Shown here: positions 37,345 to 45,879 of the stretch, in pieces
Layout: every line of letters begins with the position of its first letter
Numbering within the stretch: position 1 is the first letter of the stretch
NCBI GenBank assembly: GCA_965221775.1
Contig: CBDCSU010000005.1
Location: forward strand, 704,001 to 768,000
DNA from: Candidatus Latescibacterota bacterium
Lineage (GTDB): Bacteria > Latescibacterota > UBA2968 > UBA8231
Direction of reading: 5' to 3'
DNA: 64,000 bases
The notes under the pieces: model-generated
The model's database searches: none
Told to the model about the DNA's origin: nothing
What the model saw: the letters and a program-made list of their open reading frames with translations, nothing else
Position numbers and translations under genes: made by a program

Positions 37345-37350
37345 GGACGC

Positions 37351-38856
37351 ATGGACGCATCCCAGATCGGCCAGCGAGCCTGGAACTACGCCGGCGTCCT
37401 GCGGGACGACGGGCTCTCCTGCTTCGAGTACGTCGAGCAGCTGACCCTGCTGCTCTTCCTCAAGATGGCGGACCAGCTCACCGAGCCCCCCCACGACCGC
37501 TCAGCCCTCGTGCCCCCGGAGGTCGGCTGGAAAGCGCTGCTGCCGCTCGACGGCGCGGCCTTGGAGGACCAGTATCGCAAGAGCCTGGAGATGCTGGGAG
37601 CCGAGGACGGAATGCTCGGAGTCATCTTCCGGGGGGCCCGCTGCGAGATCCGCAACCCGGCACGGCTCAAGCAGCTCATCGCGAACCTGATCGATCAGGT
37701 GGACTGGCTGTCCCTGCCCGTGGACGTGAAGGGCACGATCTACGAGGAGCTGCTCTCCCGCTCGGCGCAGGAGTCCTCGCGCGGCGCCGGCCAGTACTTC
37801 ACCCCGCGCCCAGTCATCCAGGCCATGTGCGAGGTCATGCAGCCGACCCCCGAGGACCGCATCTGCGATCCGGCCTCGGGCACGGGCGGCTTCCTGTGCA
37901 ACGCCTATCAGTACGTCCTGGACCGGCACGGAAGCGGACTCGACCGCGACGAGAAGCGGGCGCTCCAGACTGATCTTGTCGAGGGCATGGAGATCTCGCC
38001 CAAGGTCGGTCGCATGTGCGCGATGAACCTCTACCTGCACGGCATCGGCGGCGAGAAGGTGGTCGTGCATACCGGCCACGACAGTCTCTTGGCGCCGTGG
38101 GGAAGCGAGTACTCGATGGTCCTCGCCAATCCGCCCTTCGGCAAGAAGCAGAGCCTGCTCTTCGTCAACGAGGAAGGAGACACGGAGAAGGAGGACTCGG
38201 TCGTCGTGCGCGAGGACTTCTGGACCTCCACCAGCAACAAGCAGCTCAACTTCGTGCAGCACATCTACAGCCTGCTGAAGATCGACGGCCGCGGCGCCGT
38301 GGTGCTCCCGGACAATGTGCTCTTCGAGGGCGGCGCGGGGGAGAGGGTGCGCCGCAACCTGCTGGAGAAGTGCCGCGTCCACACCTTGCTGCGCCTGCCC
38401 ACCGGCATCTGGTACTCCCCCGGCGTCAAGGCCAACGTGGTCTTCTTCGACAAGAAGGAGGGCCGGGCCGAGGCCTGGACCGACCGCCTGTGGGTCTACG
38501 ACCTGCGCACCAACCTGCACTTCACGCTGAAGCAGAAACCGATCCAGCGGCAGGACTTCGATAACTTCGTCGAGTGCTACAAGCCAGGGGCGCTGCACGA
38601 GCGGGCGGAGACCTGGAGCGAAGACAACCCGGACGGCCGCTGGCGCTACTATGACTACGGGGACCTGCTGAAGCGGGACAAGCTGAGCCTCGACCTGTTC
38701 TGGATCAAGGACGAGAGCCTGACCGACACCGACTCGCTGCCGGCGCCCGACGTCATCGCCGCGGAGATCGCCGACGACCTCGAGGCGGCCCTGGAGCAGT
38801 TCACCCGGATCTCGGAGCGGTTGGGCGAGATCGAGACGGACACGGGGCGAGGGTAG
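37351..38856 (+). CDS. hsdM: Type I RM N6-adenine methyltransferase
   Basis: YVEQLT.LLFLKM, GQYFTPR, DPASGTGG, NPPF, LRLPTG. Confidence 0.95.
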   Translation: MDASQIGQRAWNYAGVLRDDGLSCFEYVEQLTLLLFLKMADQLTEPPHDRSALVPPEVGWKALLPLDGAALEDQYRKSLEMLGAEDGMLGVIFRGARCEIRNPARLKQLIANLIDQVDWLSLPVDVKGTIYEELLSRSAQESSRGAGQYFTPRPVIQAMCEVMQPTPEDRICDPASGTGGFLCNAYQYVLDRHGSGLDRDEKRALQTDLVEGMEISPKVGRMCAMNLYLHGIGGEKVVVHTGHDSLLAPWGSEYSMVLANPPFGKKQSLLFVNEEGDTEKEDSVVVREDFWTSTSNKQLNFVQHIYSLLKIDGRGAVVLPDNVLFEGGAGERVRRNLLEKCRVHTLLRLPTGIWYSPGVKANVVFFDKKEGRAEAWTDRLWVYDLRTNLHFTLKQKPIQRQDFDNFVECYKPGALHERAETWSEDNPDGRWRYYDYGDLLKRDKLSLDLFWIKDESLTDTDSLPAPDVIAAEIADDLEAALEQFTRISERLGEIETDTGRG

Positions 38857-38981
38857 AGGCCGGGCCGGGCACACTTCCGGCCTTGGGCATCACCAGCAAC
38901 TGGCAGGCACGGCTGGAGGCTGCTACCGAAGTCTTAGAGAGTTCAAGTAGTTTCGTAAACGGAAAGGGAGGGCTTACCCCA

Positions 38982-39287
38982 ATGGGTTTGATTGAGAAAC
39001 TCCTGCGGCTCTTCAAGCAGCAGGACGCAAAGGAGAAGCAGGGAGACGCACAGGAATTGACGGAAGCAGGGGATTTGACCGAAGAGGTTCTGGAGCTTCT
39101 CAAGCAGTGGGACGCCGAGGGAAAGCCCTTTCCTCACAAGACGAAGATAGCAGCGGATACCGGGCATACCGTAGAGGCTGTAGAAGAAGCCGTAAGGGAA
39201 ATATCCCGAAGTCGGCTACTGCGGAGTCCTCAGAGAACGGACCAATTCTCCGTTAGGGAATGGGCTGATATGGGGATAAGCGAATGA
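38982..39287 (+). CDS. Small lower-GC hypothetical protein, possible winged HTH
   Basis: GGGAGG upstream; VLELL...HKTKIAADTGHTVEAVEEAVREI resembles an HTH. Confidence 0.5.
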   Translation: MGLIEKLLRLFKQQDAKEKQGDAQELTEAGDLTEEVLELLKQWDAEGKPFPHKTKIAADTGHTVEAVEEAVREISRSRLLRSPQRTDQFSVREWADMGISE

Positions 39288-39334
39288 CCATCTCTTTCGC
39301 CCCTGTGGGGCTGTCTGGCAATCCGTGAGGCCCG

Positions 39335-39397
39335 GCAGCGCTGGCGCAGTTCACGCGGGTCGCGGAGCGGCTGGGCGAGACCGCCTCCGCACCGTGA
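39335..39397 (+). repeat. Orphan copy of an hsdM 3' end
   Basis: 39335-39380 matches 38785-38830 at 39/46 nt; AALAQFTRVAERLGETASAP* versus AALEQFTRISERLGEIETDTGRG*. Confidence 0.8.
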
Positions 39398-39446
39398 CCG
39401 GCGCCGTTCTCGGCACACACCACAACCCACAATGAGGAGGTGCACC

Positions 39447-40040
39447 ATGCCCGCTCGTATCACCAGTCCCCGGCAGGCCCTGCACGCAAGGCCCTTGTTG
39501 CGGCTGCCGCTGATCGGAGTCTCCATGGCTCTGATGGCTTGCGGCGAAGACGCAGACCCGGTCTCCCCGAGTCCCGGTCCGGCCGTCGCCGTCGCCGCCA
39601 TGGAGCCGGCCAACGACAGCGGCATGACCGGAAGGGTGACCTTCACCCAGAGGGGCGATGCCATCGAGTTCCTCATCGAGGTGGAGAACGTCGCTCCGGG
39701 CGAACACGCCGTTCACATCCACGAGAAAGGGGATTGCAGCGCCGCGGACGGGACCTCGGCCGGCGGCCACTGGAACCCAACCGACGTCGCCCACGGGAAG
39801 TGGGGGGAAGGCGAGTTCCATCTCGGGGACATCGGCAATATGACCGTCGGCGACGATGGCAAGGGCGCCCTTGGACTGACGACGGACCTCTGGGAGCTGG
39901 ACACGGGGTCCGACCGGGATGTCCTGGGCAAGGCCATGATCGTCCATGAGGGAGCCGACGATTTCACCTCGCAGCCTTCGGGCGCCGCGGGGCCGCGAAT
40001 CGGCTGCGGTGTGATCGCGCTGCACACCGGCGGCAGTTGA
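39447..40040 (+). CDS. sodC: Cu/Zn superoxide dismutase, lipoprotein
   Basis: LMAC lipobox; HAVHIH, GGHWNP, HLGDIGN, IVHEGADD, RIGCG. Confidence 0.9.
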   Translation: MPARITSPRQALHARPLLRLPLIGVSMALMACGEDADPVSPSPGPAVAVAAMEPANDSGMTGRVTFTQRGDAIEFLIEVENVAPGEHAVHIHEKGDCSAADGTSAGGHWNPTDVAHGKWGEGEFHLGDIGNMTVGDDGKGALGLTTDLWELDTGSDRDVLGKAMIVHEGADDFTSQPSGAAGPRIGCGVIALHTGGS

Positions 40041-40076
40041 TCTCTGGCTCTTCCGGGAATCGGCCGCGGGAGCCCG

Positions 40077-41282
40077 TCAGCCCGTTGCAGGTGCTGCCGG
40101 CAGGCCGCCGAGGGCGCGGTCCCTGATCGGCAGGTGGACCACCGCGGCCGCAACCCCCAGCACCACAGCCCCGACCCAGACGGCGTCGTACGACCCGGTG
40201 GCGTCGTAGATGCGGCCCCCGAGCCAGACCCCGAGGAAGCCGCCGACCTGGTGGCTGAAGAAGACGATGCCGTAGAGGGAGGAGAGCCTGGCCGGGCCGA
40301 AGATCTGGGCCACCATGCCGCTGGTGAGGGGCACCGTCGCCAGCCACAGGAAGCCGATGGCGCAGGCGAAGACCAGGGCGGTGGCGGTGGTGACGGGCAC
40401 GACCAGGAAGCCGCTGATGACGACGGCCCGGGCGAGGTAGAGGAAGCTGAGGAGGTACTTCTTGCGGTAGCGGTCGCCGAGGCGGCCGAAGAGCCACGAT
40501 CCCCCCATGTTGAACAGCCCCACGAGGGCGAGGGCCGTGGCCGCGACCATCTCGGGGAGCCCGTGGTCGCCGAGGTAGGGCGGCAGGTGTGTGGCGATGA
40601 AGGCGACGTGGAAGCCGCAGACGAAGAAGCCGGCGTTGAGGAACAGGTAACCCGAATGCCGGCCGGCGCGGGACAACTGGCGGGAGAAGCTGTCCTCGAG
40701 GTCGGAGGCGTGGGTACCCTCGGTGGCCTGCGATGCTCGCGGGAACCCGAGGGCGAAGGGGGCGATGACGGCGACCACGGCGGCGCCGTAGAGCAGGGTC
40801 GCCTGCCAGGATACGGTCTGGATCAGCCACTGGACCAGCGGCACGACAGCGAAGGTGCCGAAGGAGCCGGCGGCGGTGACGATGCCGAAGGACGAGGCCC
40901 TCTTCTCCGCGGGCACGACGCGGGCCACGGCGCCGAGAAGGACGACGTACGAGGTGGCGCTGAGAGCCAGGCCGACCAGGGCCCCGAGGGAGAGGAAGGT
41001 GAGCCAGGGAGCGCTGGCGACGGCGAGGAGGGCGAAGCCGGCGGCGTACAGGAGGGCTCCCCCGGCCACCACCCGGCGCGGGCCGATGCGGTCGGCGAGG
41101 ATCCCGGCGATGGGCAGCCCGAAGAGGATGTTCTGCAGGGCCATGGCGAGGCTGAAGGTCTCGCGGCCCGTGGACAGCGCTTCCGTCACCGGCTGCAGGA
41201 ACAGGCCGAAGGACTGTCGCGCGCCCATGGAGACGGCGACGATGACCGCGCTGACCAGGATGACGAGGGTGGACTGCTTCAA
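40077..41282 (-). CDS. MFS transporter
   Basis: About 12 TM helices; GILADRIGPR and GRLGDRYRK motif A; GFFVCGFH. Confidence 0.9.
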   Translation of the reverse strand: MKQSTLVILVSAVIVAVSMGARQSFGLFLQPVTEALSTGRETFSLAMALQNILFGLPIAGILADRIGPRRVVAGGALLYAAGFALLAVASAPWLTFLSLGALVGLALSATSYVVLLGAVARVVPAEKRASSFGIVTAAGSFGTFAVVPLVQWLIQTVSWQATLLYGAAVVAVIAPFALGFPRASQATEGTHASDLEDSFSRQLSRAGRHSGYLFLNAGFFVCGFHVAFIATHLPPYLGDHGLPEMVAATALALVGLFNMGGSWLFGRLGDRYRKKYLLSFLYLARAVVISGFLVVPVTTATALVFACAIGFLWLATVPLTSGMVAQIFGPARLSSLYGIVFFSHQVGGFLGVWLGGRIYDATGSYDAVWVGAVVLGVAAAVVHLPIRDRALGGLPAAPATG

Positions 41283-41372
41283 GACGGAGGCGTGGGGGCC
41301 GGCCGGAGCTCAGGCGCGGCGGCTCCGATGGACAACGGGGAATCGGTGGCTGGCCCCGGTCAGGGGTTGGCT

Positions 41373-41974
41373 CTAGCTGCCGCCAAGCCGGGTGCCGAGC
41401 CCGAGGACGAGGGAGAAGACGTCAGCTTCGGCATCGAGCCATCGTCGATATTGCCCTTCCATTCGCAGCAGGAGGGCAGGCCCGATGCGCCATTGGTAAC
41501 CAACCCGGCGCTGTAATCGGTCTCGGACGCATCATTCCTGGAGACACGGTCATCCCAGTCATACCAACTCAGGGAGCCTTGCCCCAACAGGTAGATGCCG
41601 GGCATTGAGCTGCCTCCCGGAAAGAAGGCGGCCCGGCCTCCCAGCCAGAGTTCATTGAACGTTGCGTCGAAACTCTCTCCTACATACTCAAAGTCCGACG
41701 AAGTCCTCCGAAAAGCGAACTCCGGACCAATAGCCAATCGCTCACCTGCAAGCCAGGAAACATGCAGCGAGGGCAGAGACCGGCCAGGCCCTGCACTCTC
41801 CCCCCCCGGCAACTCAATCAAAGTCCCACCCCCCGTATCGTCTGCGCCACGGCTGACCACCCCGAACAGCATCCCCACTTCCGTTCGAAGGCTTCCCTCC
41901 TTGGCCTGGAGGGCCGTGGCCTGCGAGACCAGCATGAGAGCCAACAGACAGGCCAGCATCGGACGAAGCTGCAT
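41373..41974 (-). pseudogene. Small outer-membrane beta-barrel protein, frameshifted near 41503
   Basis: Signal peptide and amphipathic strands to DYSAG; the natural continuation GYQWRIGPALLLRMEGQYRRW...FSLVLGLGTRLGGS* is in another frame. Confidence 0.65.
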
Positions 41975-42082
41975 GATTCCTTCTCCTCTCATCCCGCGCT
42001 CATCGAGCGGTGCCCGAGCCGCGCTCCTGCAGCAGTCCTCGTCACCGCCGGGCGCAGGAACACCCACCCCCGGGTGAAGTCC

Positions 42083-42946
42083 TCAGGCCGCTTCCGGCAG
42101 GTTCTCCGGCATGTTCTCGAGCCGCGTCAGCCAGTAGTGGGCGTCGAAGTTGTCGTCGCCCGTGAGGAAGCGCCACAGCTTGATCCGGTTGACGATCTCC
42201 AGGCGCCCGTCGGCGGCCTCGAACCAGGGCTCCTGCTGGTTGAGGATCGTGGCGACGCCCTGCTGGTGGCTCGACCCGCCGTAGATGATCTCGGGGCTGC
42301 CGCCCTCCTCCAGGTCGTCGGTGTTCCACAGGCGCAGCTGCCGCACCGCGGGATTGAGGCGGATCTTGAACATGTAGCGGACGCGGTCGGTCTCGTTCCG
42401 GCGGCCGCAGTGCCAGATGCCGTGGTGGACCACCGCCAGGGTGCCGGCCTTGCAGACCATGGGCAGCTGGCCGAGGAAGTTCTGGTAGCGGCCCACGTCG
42501 AGCTCGTTGACGCGGCGGAAGTGGCTCCCCGGCAGGAGCATGGTGCCGCCCATCTCCAGGGGCACGTCGTGGGGGAAGTACATGAGCTGGATGTCGAAGT
42601 GCATGCGCGTGTCGATGATCGAGTCGCCGTGCAGCCCCTGGGCGTGGCCCTCGTTGGGCTGGCGCACGTGGACGGCCTGGTGATCGAAGAGCGGGTCGGC
42701 GCCGACCAGGCTCCGGATGATGCCGTGGACCTCCGGCATCCGGAGCATGCGCCCGATGGGGGCCGGGTGGGGATAGCACTTCGAGAAGGGCGTGCCCGCG
42801 GGCTGGCTGGCGATGCCGTCGCCGTCGATCTCGGCGATGACGGCGCGGTTGATTTCCTCCGGCACGATCTCGTCGAACCGCAGGACGCCGCGGGCCACGA
42901 ACTCGGCCATCTGTCTCGAGTCGAGCAGGTGTTGCTTGTCCACCAT
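42083..42946 (-). CDS. PhyH-family Fe(II)/2-oxoglutarate dioxygenase
   Basis: LHGD, GGTMLLPGSH, IWHCG..N...RYM. Confidence 0.85.
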   Translation of the reverse strand: MVDKQHLLDSRQMAEFVARGVLRFDEIVPEEINRAVIAEIDGDGIASQPAGTPFSKCYPHPAPIGRMLRMPEVHGIIRSLVGADPLFDHQAVHVRQPNEGHAQGLHGDSIIDTRMHFDIQLMYFPHDVPLEMGGTMLLPGSHFRRVNELDVGRYQNFLGQLPMVCKAGTLAVVHHGIWHCGRRNETDRVRYMFKIRLNPAVRQLRLWNTDDLEEGGSPEIIYGGSSHQQGVATILNQQEPWFEAADGRLEIVNRIKLWRFLTGDDNFDAHYWLTRLENMPENLPEAA

Positions 42947-43224
42947 CAGTCGATCTCCTCCAGCTTTTCGAAGATGAACTCGTTCTTCTGGAACGAGGTG
43001 GTGTACTCGGTGCCCGGGTAGGGCGGGTTCAGCTGCGGGAACTGGATCACCCGCCAGCCGTCGAGCAGGGCGTCGAGGCCGGTGGCGTACGGGGGCTCGG
43101 TGCTGTCGCCGGTGGTGTGGTGCTCCCGGCCGGTGCCGTCGTAGAAGGTCCAGCCCTTGACCGGGCTGTCGAGGGCGGAGTAGGACAGGTAGAGGATCAT
43201 CACTTTCTGTCGGCGCTGCGGCAT
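42946..43224 (-). CDS. Small hypothetical protein coupled to PhyH
   Basis: 92 aa, AGGAG RBS, TGATG overlap; PPY.TG.DAL.DGWRVIQFP. Confidence 0.7.
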   Translation of the reverse strand: MPQRRQKVMILYLSYSALDSPVKGWTFYDGTGREHHTTGDSTEPPYATGLDALLDGWRVIQFPQLNPPYPGTEYTTSFQKNEFIFEKLEEID

Positions 43225-43326
43225 CTCCTGGATCCGTCCTTGGCAAGGGGTCCCTGGCGTCTCCTGATGATAGGGACTCCCCGGCGCCGGCGTCAGGCCT
43301 GGCCCGCGAGGCTCCCCTCTTCACGC

Positions 43327-43360
43327 AAAAAGGCCGCCGGGGCCCGAGGCCCGGCGGCCT
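43327..43360 (-). terminator. Intrinsic terminator
   Basis: AGGCCGCCGGG/CCCGGCGGCCT 11-bp stem followed by a T run on the minus strand, just after 43399-43722. Confidence 0.7.
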
Positions 43361-43398
43361 GTATTCCGCGGCGGCCCGCGCTCAGGCGCCCGCCGTCT

Positions 43399-43722
43399 CT
43401 AACCCTTGAGACGGTTGATCGCCCTCTGGCAGAGGATGGTGACGGCGCCGCTGAACAGGGCGAGGCTCACCTGGTCGAGGATGGCATCCAGGTAATCGCC
43501 GACGGCGGGGATGTTGCTCAGCACGCTCATGCCCGCCGCCCCTCCGACGGCGAGGGTGACAACCAGGTAGGCGGTGGCGTCCTCCGCGTCGACCGCCATG
43601 GCCCCGTACACCAGGCCCAGGATGACCAGGATGAGCGGCATGAAGTCGCCCACCGAGTCGGCAGCCAAGCCTTGCACGATGGCTGCCAGTGTGATCAGGC
43701 CTACCAGGATTCGAGTTGCCAT
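43399..43722 (-). CDS. Small integral membrane protein
   Basis: 107 aa, 3-4 hydrophobic helices, GGAGG RBS, own terminator. Confidence 0.75.
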   Translation of the reverse strand: MATRILVGLITLAAIVQGLAADSVGDFMPLILVILGLVYGAMAVDAEDATAYLVVTLAVGGAAGMSVLSNIPAVGDYLDAILDQVSLALFSGAVTILCQRAINRLKG

Positions 43723-43998
43723 TTCTTCCTCCCTGAGAAATCGGCGTCACGCCCTGGGCTTCACCTCCCGTGACGATCACCGGCGGCGGAACCGCCGGAC
43801 GTGTACACCAGTGGCAAAGAATCGTCTCGAAGAATCGGTTTTGCTTGACTTGGCACCGTCGAATTGCGGACCTCGGCGCCGGACAGGCCGGCGCCGGGTG
43901 GGAGACACCAACTGTCGAGGATCCCCGGGGAACTGGGGCCGCCGATATGATGGTACCTCAGAGGCCGAATCACAAGGAAATTCGGGCGGGGGCGCTGC

Positions 43999-45654
43999 TC
44001 ACCCGGGCACCTCCTCCAGCCGGAAGCGGTAGCCCCTCACGTAGCAGTTGCGGCCGCGGTCCGGCTGCAGCCAGGCCAGGGACGGGAAGCCCACGGGCAT
44101 GCCGTTGCCGAAGTAGTCGACGACGAAGCACTCGCCGTCGGGGAAGACCACCGGTACCGGCTTGCCCCAGTCGCCGGCGTCGACACAGTGCTCCAGCTCC
44201 AGGAGGCGGTCCTCCTGCCAGGCGTCGGGGAGACCGTCCCGGTCGTGGCGCCAGCGGTAGCGGTGGTCGGGCAGCCAGCGGTTGCCGGTGATGTCGAGGC
44301 TCACCGAGCGCCACTGGCTGCGGCCGGCGTTGGAGGGTTGGACGTACCGGGGCAGCCGCACCCGCATCGGGTAGAGCTCCGGGCGCGGAAGCTCCCGGTG
44401 GTCGAACTTGCAGCCGAAGGCGTTGCACGGCGCGTGGCTCACCGGCGCCAGGTCGATGGCGGGACAGGCGAGGACCTGGCGGCCGTCCACCCATACGCGA
44501 AGCACCCCCCGCTCCAGCTCCAGGCGGTAGCGGTGCCACTGGTCGCCGGTCACCGCCACGCGGCTGTGCCCGGGGATGTGCTCCAGGTCGATGTGGTCCG
44601 GGAAGATGCGCAGCCATCCGGCGCCCCTCAGGCCGAGGCTGCAGGCCTGCCCGGCGTTGGCCAGGCAGCGGACCTCGGCCTCTAGGACCACCGTCGCGGC
44701 CGGATCGTCGGCCGGCATCAGGAAGAACTGGGCGAAGGCGCCGGGGTCGTCGTCGGTCCGCAGCAGCAGGCCCTCGTCGGCCAGCCGCACCGGCGAGGCC
44801 CCGGCCGCCGGATAGCGGCAAGACGACACCCGGTACCCCGGCAGGTCTCCAAGATCGCCGCGCCACACGACGCTGTTGGCGCGGCCGCCGACGTTGCGGT
44901 AGGCCAGCAGGTGGGTCCCGTCGCCGAGGTCGAAAGCCGCCGGCCAGTGGCCGATGAAGGGGGTCGGCCGCGGCCGGCTCCAGGTGCGGCCGCCGTCCTC
45001 GGAGTCGGCTGCGAACATGGGGAAGTTGGCGTAGTGGTTCTCGCGCATGAGGATCGCCAGGCGGCCGGCGGCGGTCTCGGCCAGGCAGACCTCGCCCAGC
45101 TGCAGGGGGCAGTCCTCCGGCACCACGGGATCTCCGAAGGGCTCCCACGTGAGCCCGCGGTCCAGGGAGCGCAGCACCCGGTTGAGGCCGGTGTAGACCA
45201 GCAGCTCGCCGCTGCGGGCCTCCAGAATGGCGCCGTCCTGGCGGAACTCCAGGCCGGGGGCCATGGTCCGCTCCGGGGACCAGGTCCGGCCGGCGTCGTC
45301 GCTGATGCGCAGCAGGGGGGTGGTGGGACGGCGCTCCGGCCAGCCCTCGGAGAAGTAGTGCATGAGCACGCGGCCATCGCCCAGGGCGGTCAGGTAGAGG
45401 CCGCCGGTGGCGACGAAGGGCAGGCCGCGGTCGAAGTCGCCCTCGGCCAGGGTCTCCGGCGGCGTCCAGGTGCGGCCGCGGTCGCCGCTGGTCACGGCCA
45501 CGACCCGCTGCCAGCGCGAGGCGCCGTGGCCGTAGGCCTGCTTGACGCCCAGCACGAGGCGGCCTCCGGGGGTCAGGCAGAGGCCGGCGAAGCCCTGCCA
45601 CATGGCCGGGTCGCGGGCCACGAAGACGGTCTGGTTGGGGGGGACGGTTCTCAT
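43999..45654 (-). CDS. Sialidase-like (BNR/Asp-box) protein
   Basis: SGDRGRTW, SDDAGRTW, SLDRGLTW, SEDGGRTW; inserted lectin-like segment; DWGKP C-terminal motif. Confidence 0.8.
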   Translation of the reverse strand: MRTVPPNQTVFVARDPAMWQGFAGLCLTPGGRLVLGVKQAYGHGASRWQRVVAVTSGDRGRTWTPPETLAEGDFDRGLPFVATGGLYLTALGDGRVLMHYFSEGWPERRPTTPLLRISDDAGRTWSPERTMAPGLEFRQDGAILEARSGELLVYTGLNRVLRSLDRGLTWEPFGDPVVPEDCPLQLGEVCLAETAAGRLAILMRENHYANFPMFAADSEDGGRTWSRPRPTPFIGHWPAAFDLGDGTHLLAYRNVGGRANSVVWRGDLGDLPGYRVSSCRYPAAGASPVRLADEGLLLRTDDDPGAFAQFFLMPADDPAATVVLEAEVRCLANAGQACSLGLRGAGWLRIFPDHIDLEHIPGHSRVAVTGDQWHRYRLELERGVLRVWVDGRQVLACPAIDLAPVSHAPCNAFGCKFDHRELPRPELYPMRVRLPRYVQPSNAGRSQWRSVSLDITGNRWLPDHRYRWRHDRDGLPDAWQEDRLLELEHCVDAGDWGKPVPVVFPDGECFVVDYFGNGMPVGFPSLAWLQPDRGRNCYVRGYRFRLEEVPG

Positions 45655-45879
45655 CGGGCGGCTCCCGGGGCTGGCGGTGTCACGCCAAAGGAAAGCGGAA
45701 GGAGGGCTCGCCGGGTATCCCGGGGCGGCAGGGAACCAGGCCCGGATCCCGGAGGAACCACTCTCCCGGCGGCACGTCCCTGCCGCTGGAAACGCTTCCT
45801 GTCCGCCGCGGCGCGCAGGTGGACGCGGTCCGGCGCGGATACGAAGCTCTATCCGAGCCCAGGCCGAGGAGAACCGCCG

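Noticed and set aside
43851-43868. Sigma54-like TGGCAC...TTGC
   Set aside because: GG-to-GC spacing is 12 nt, not the required 10.
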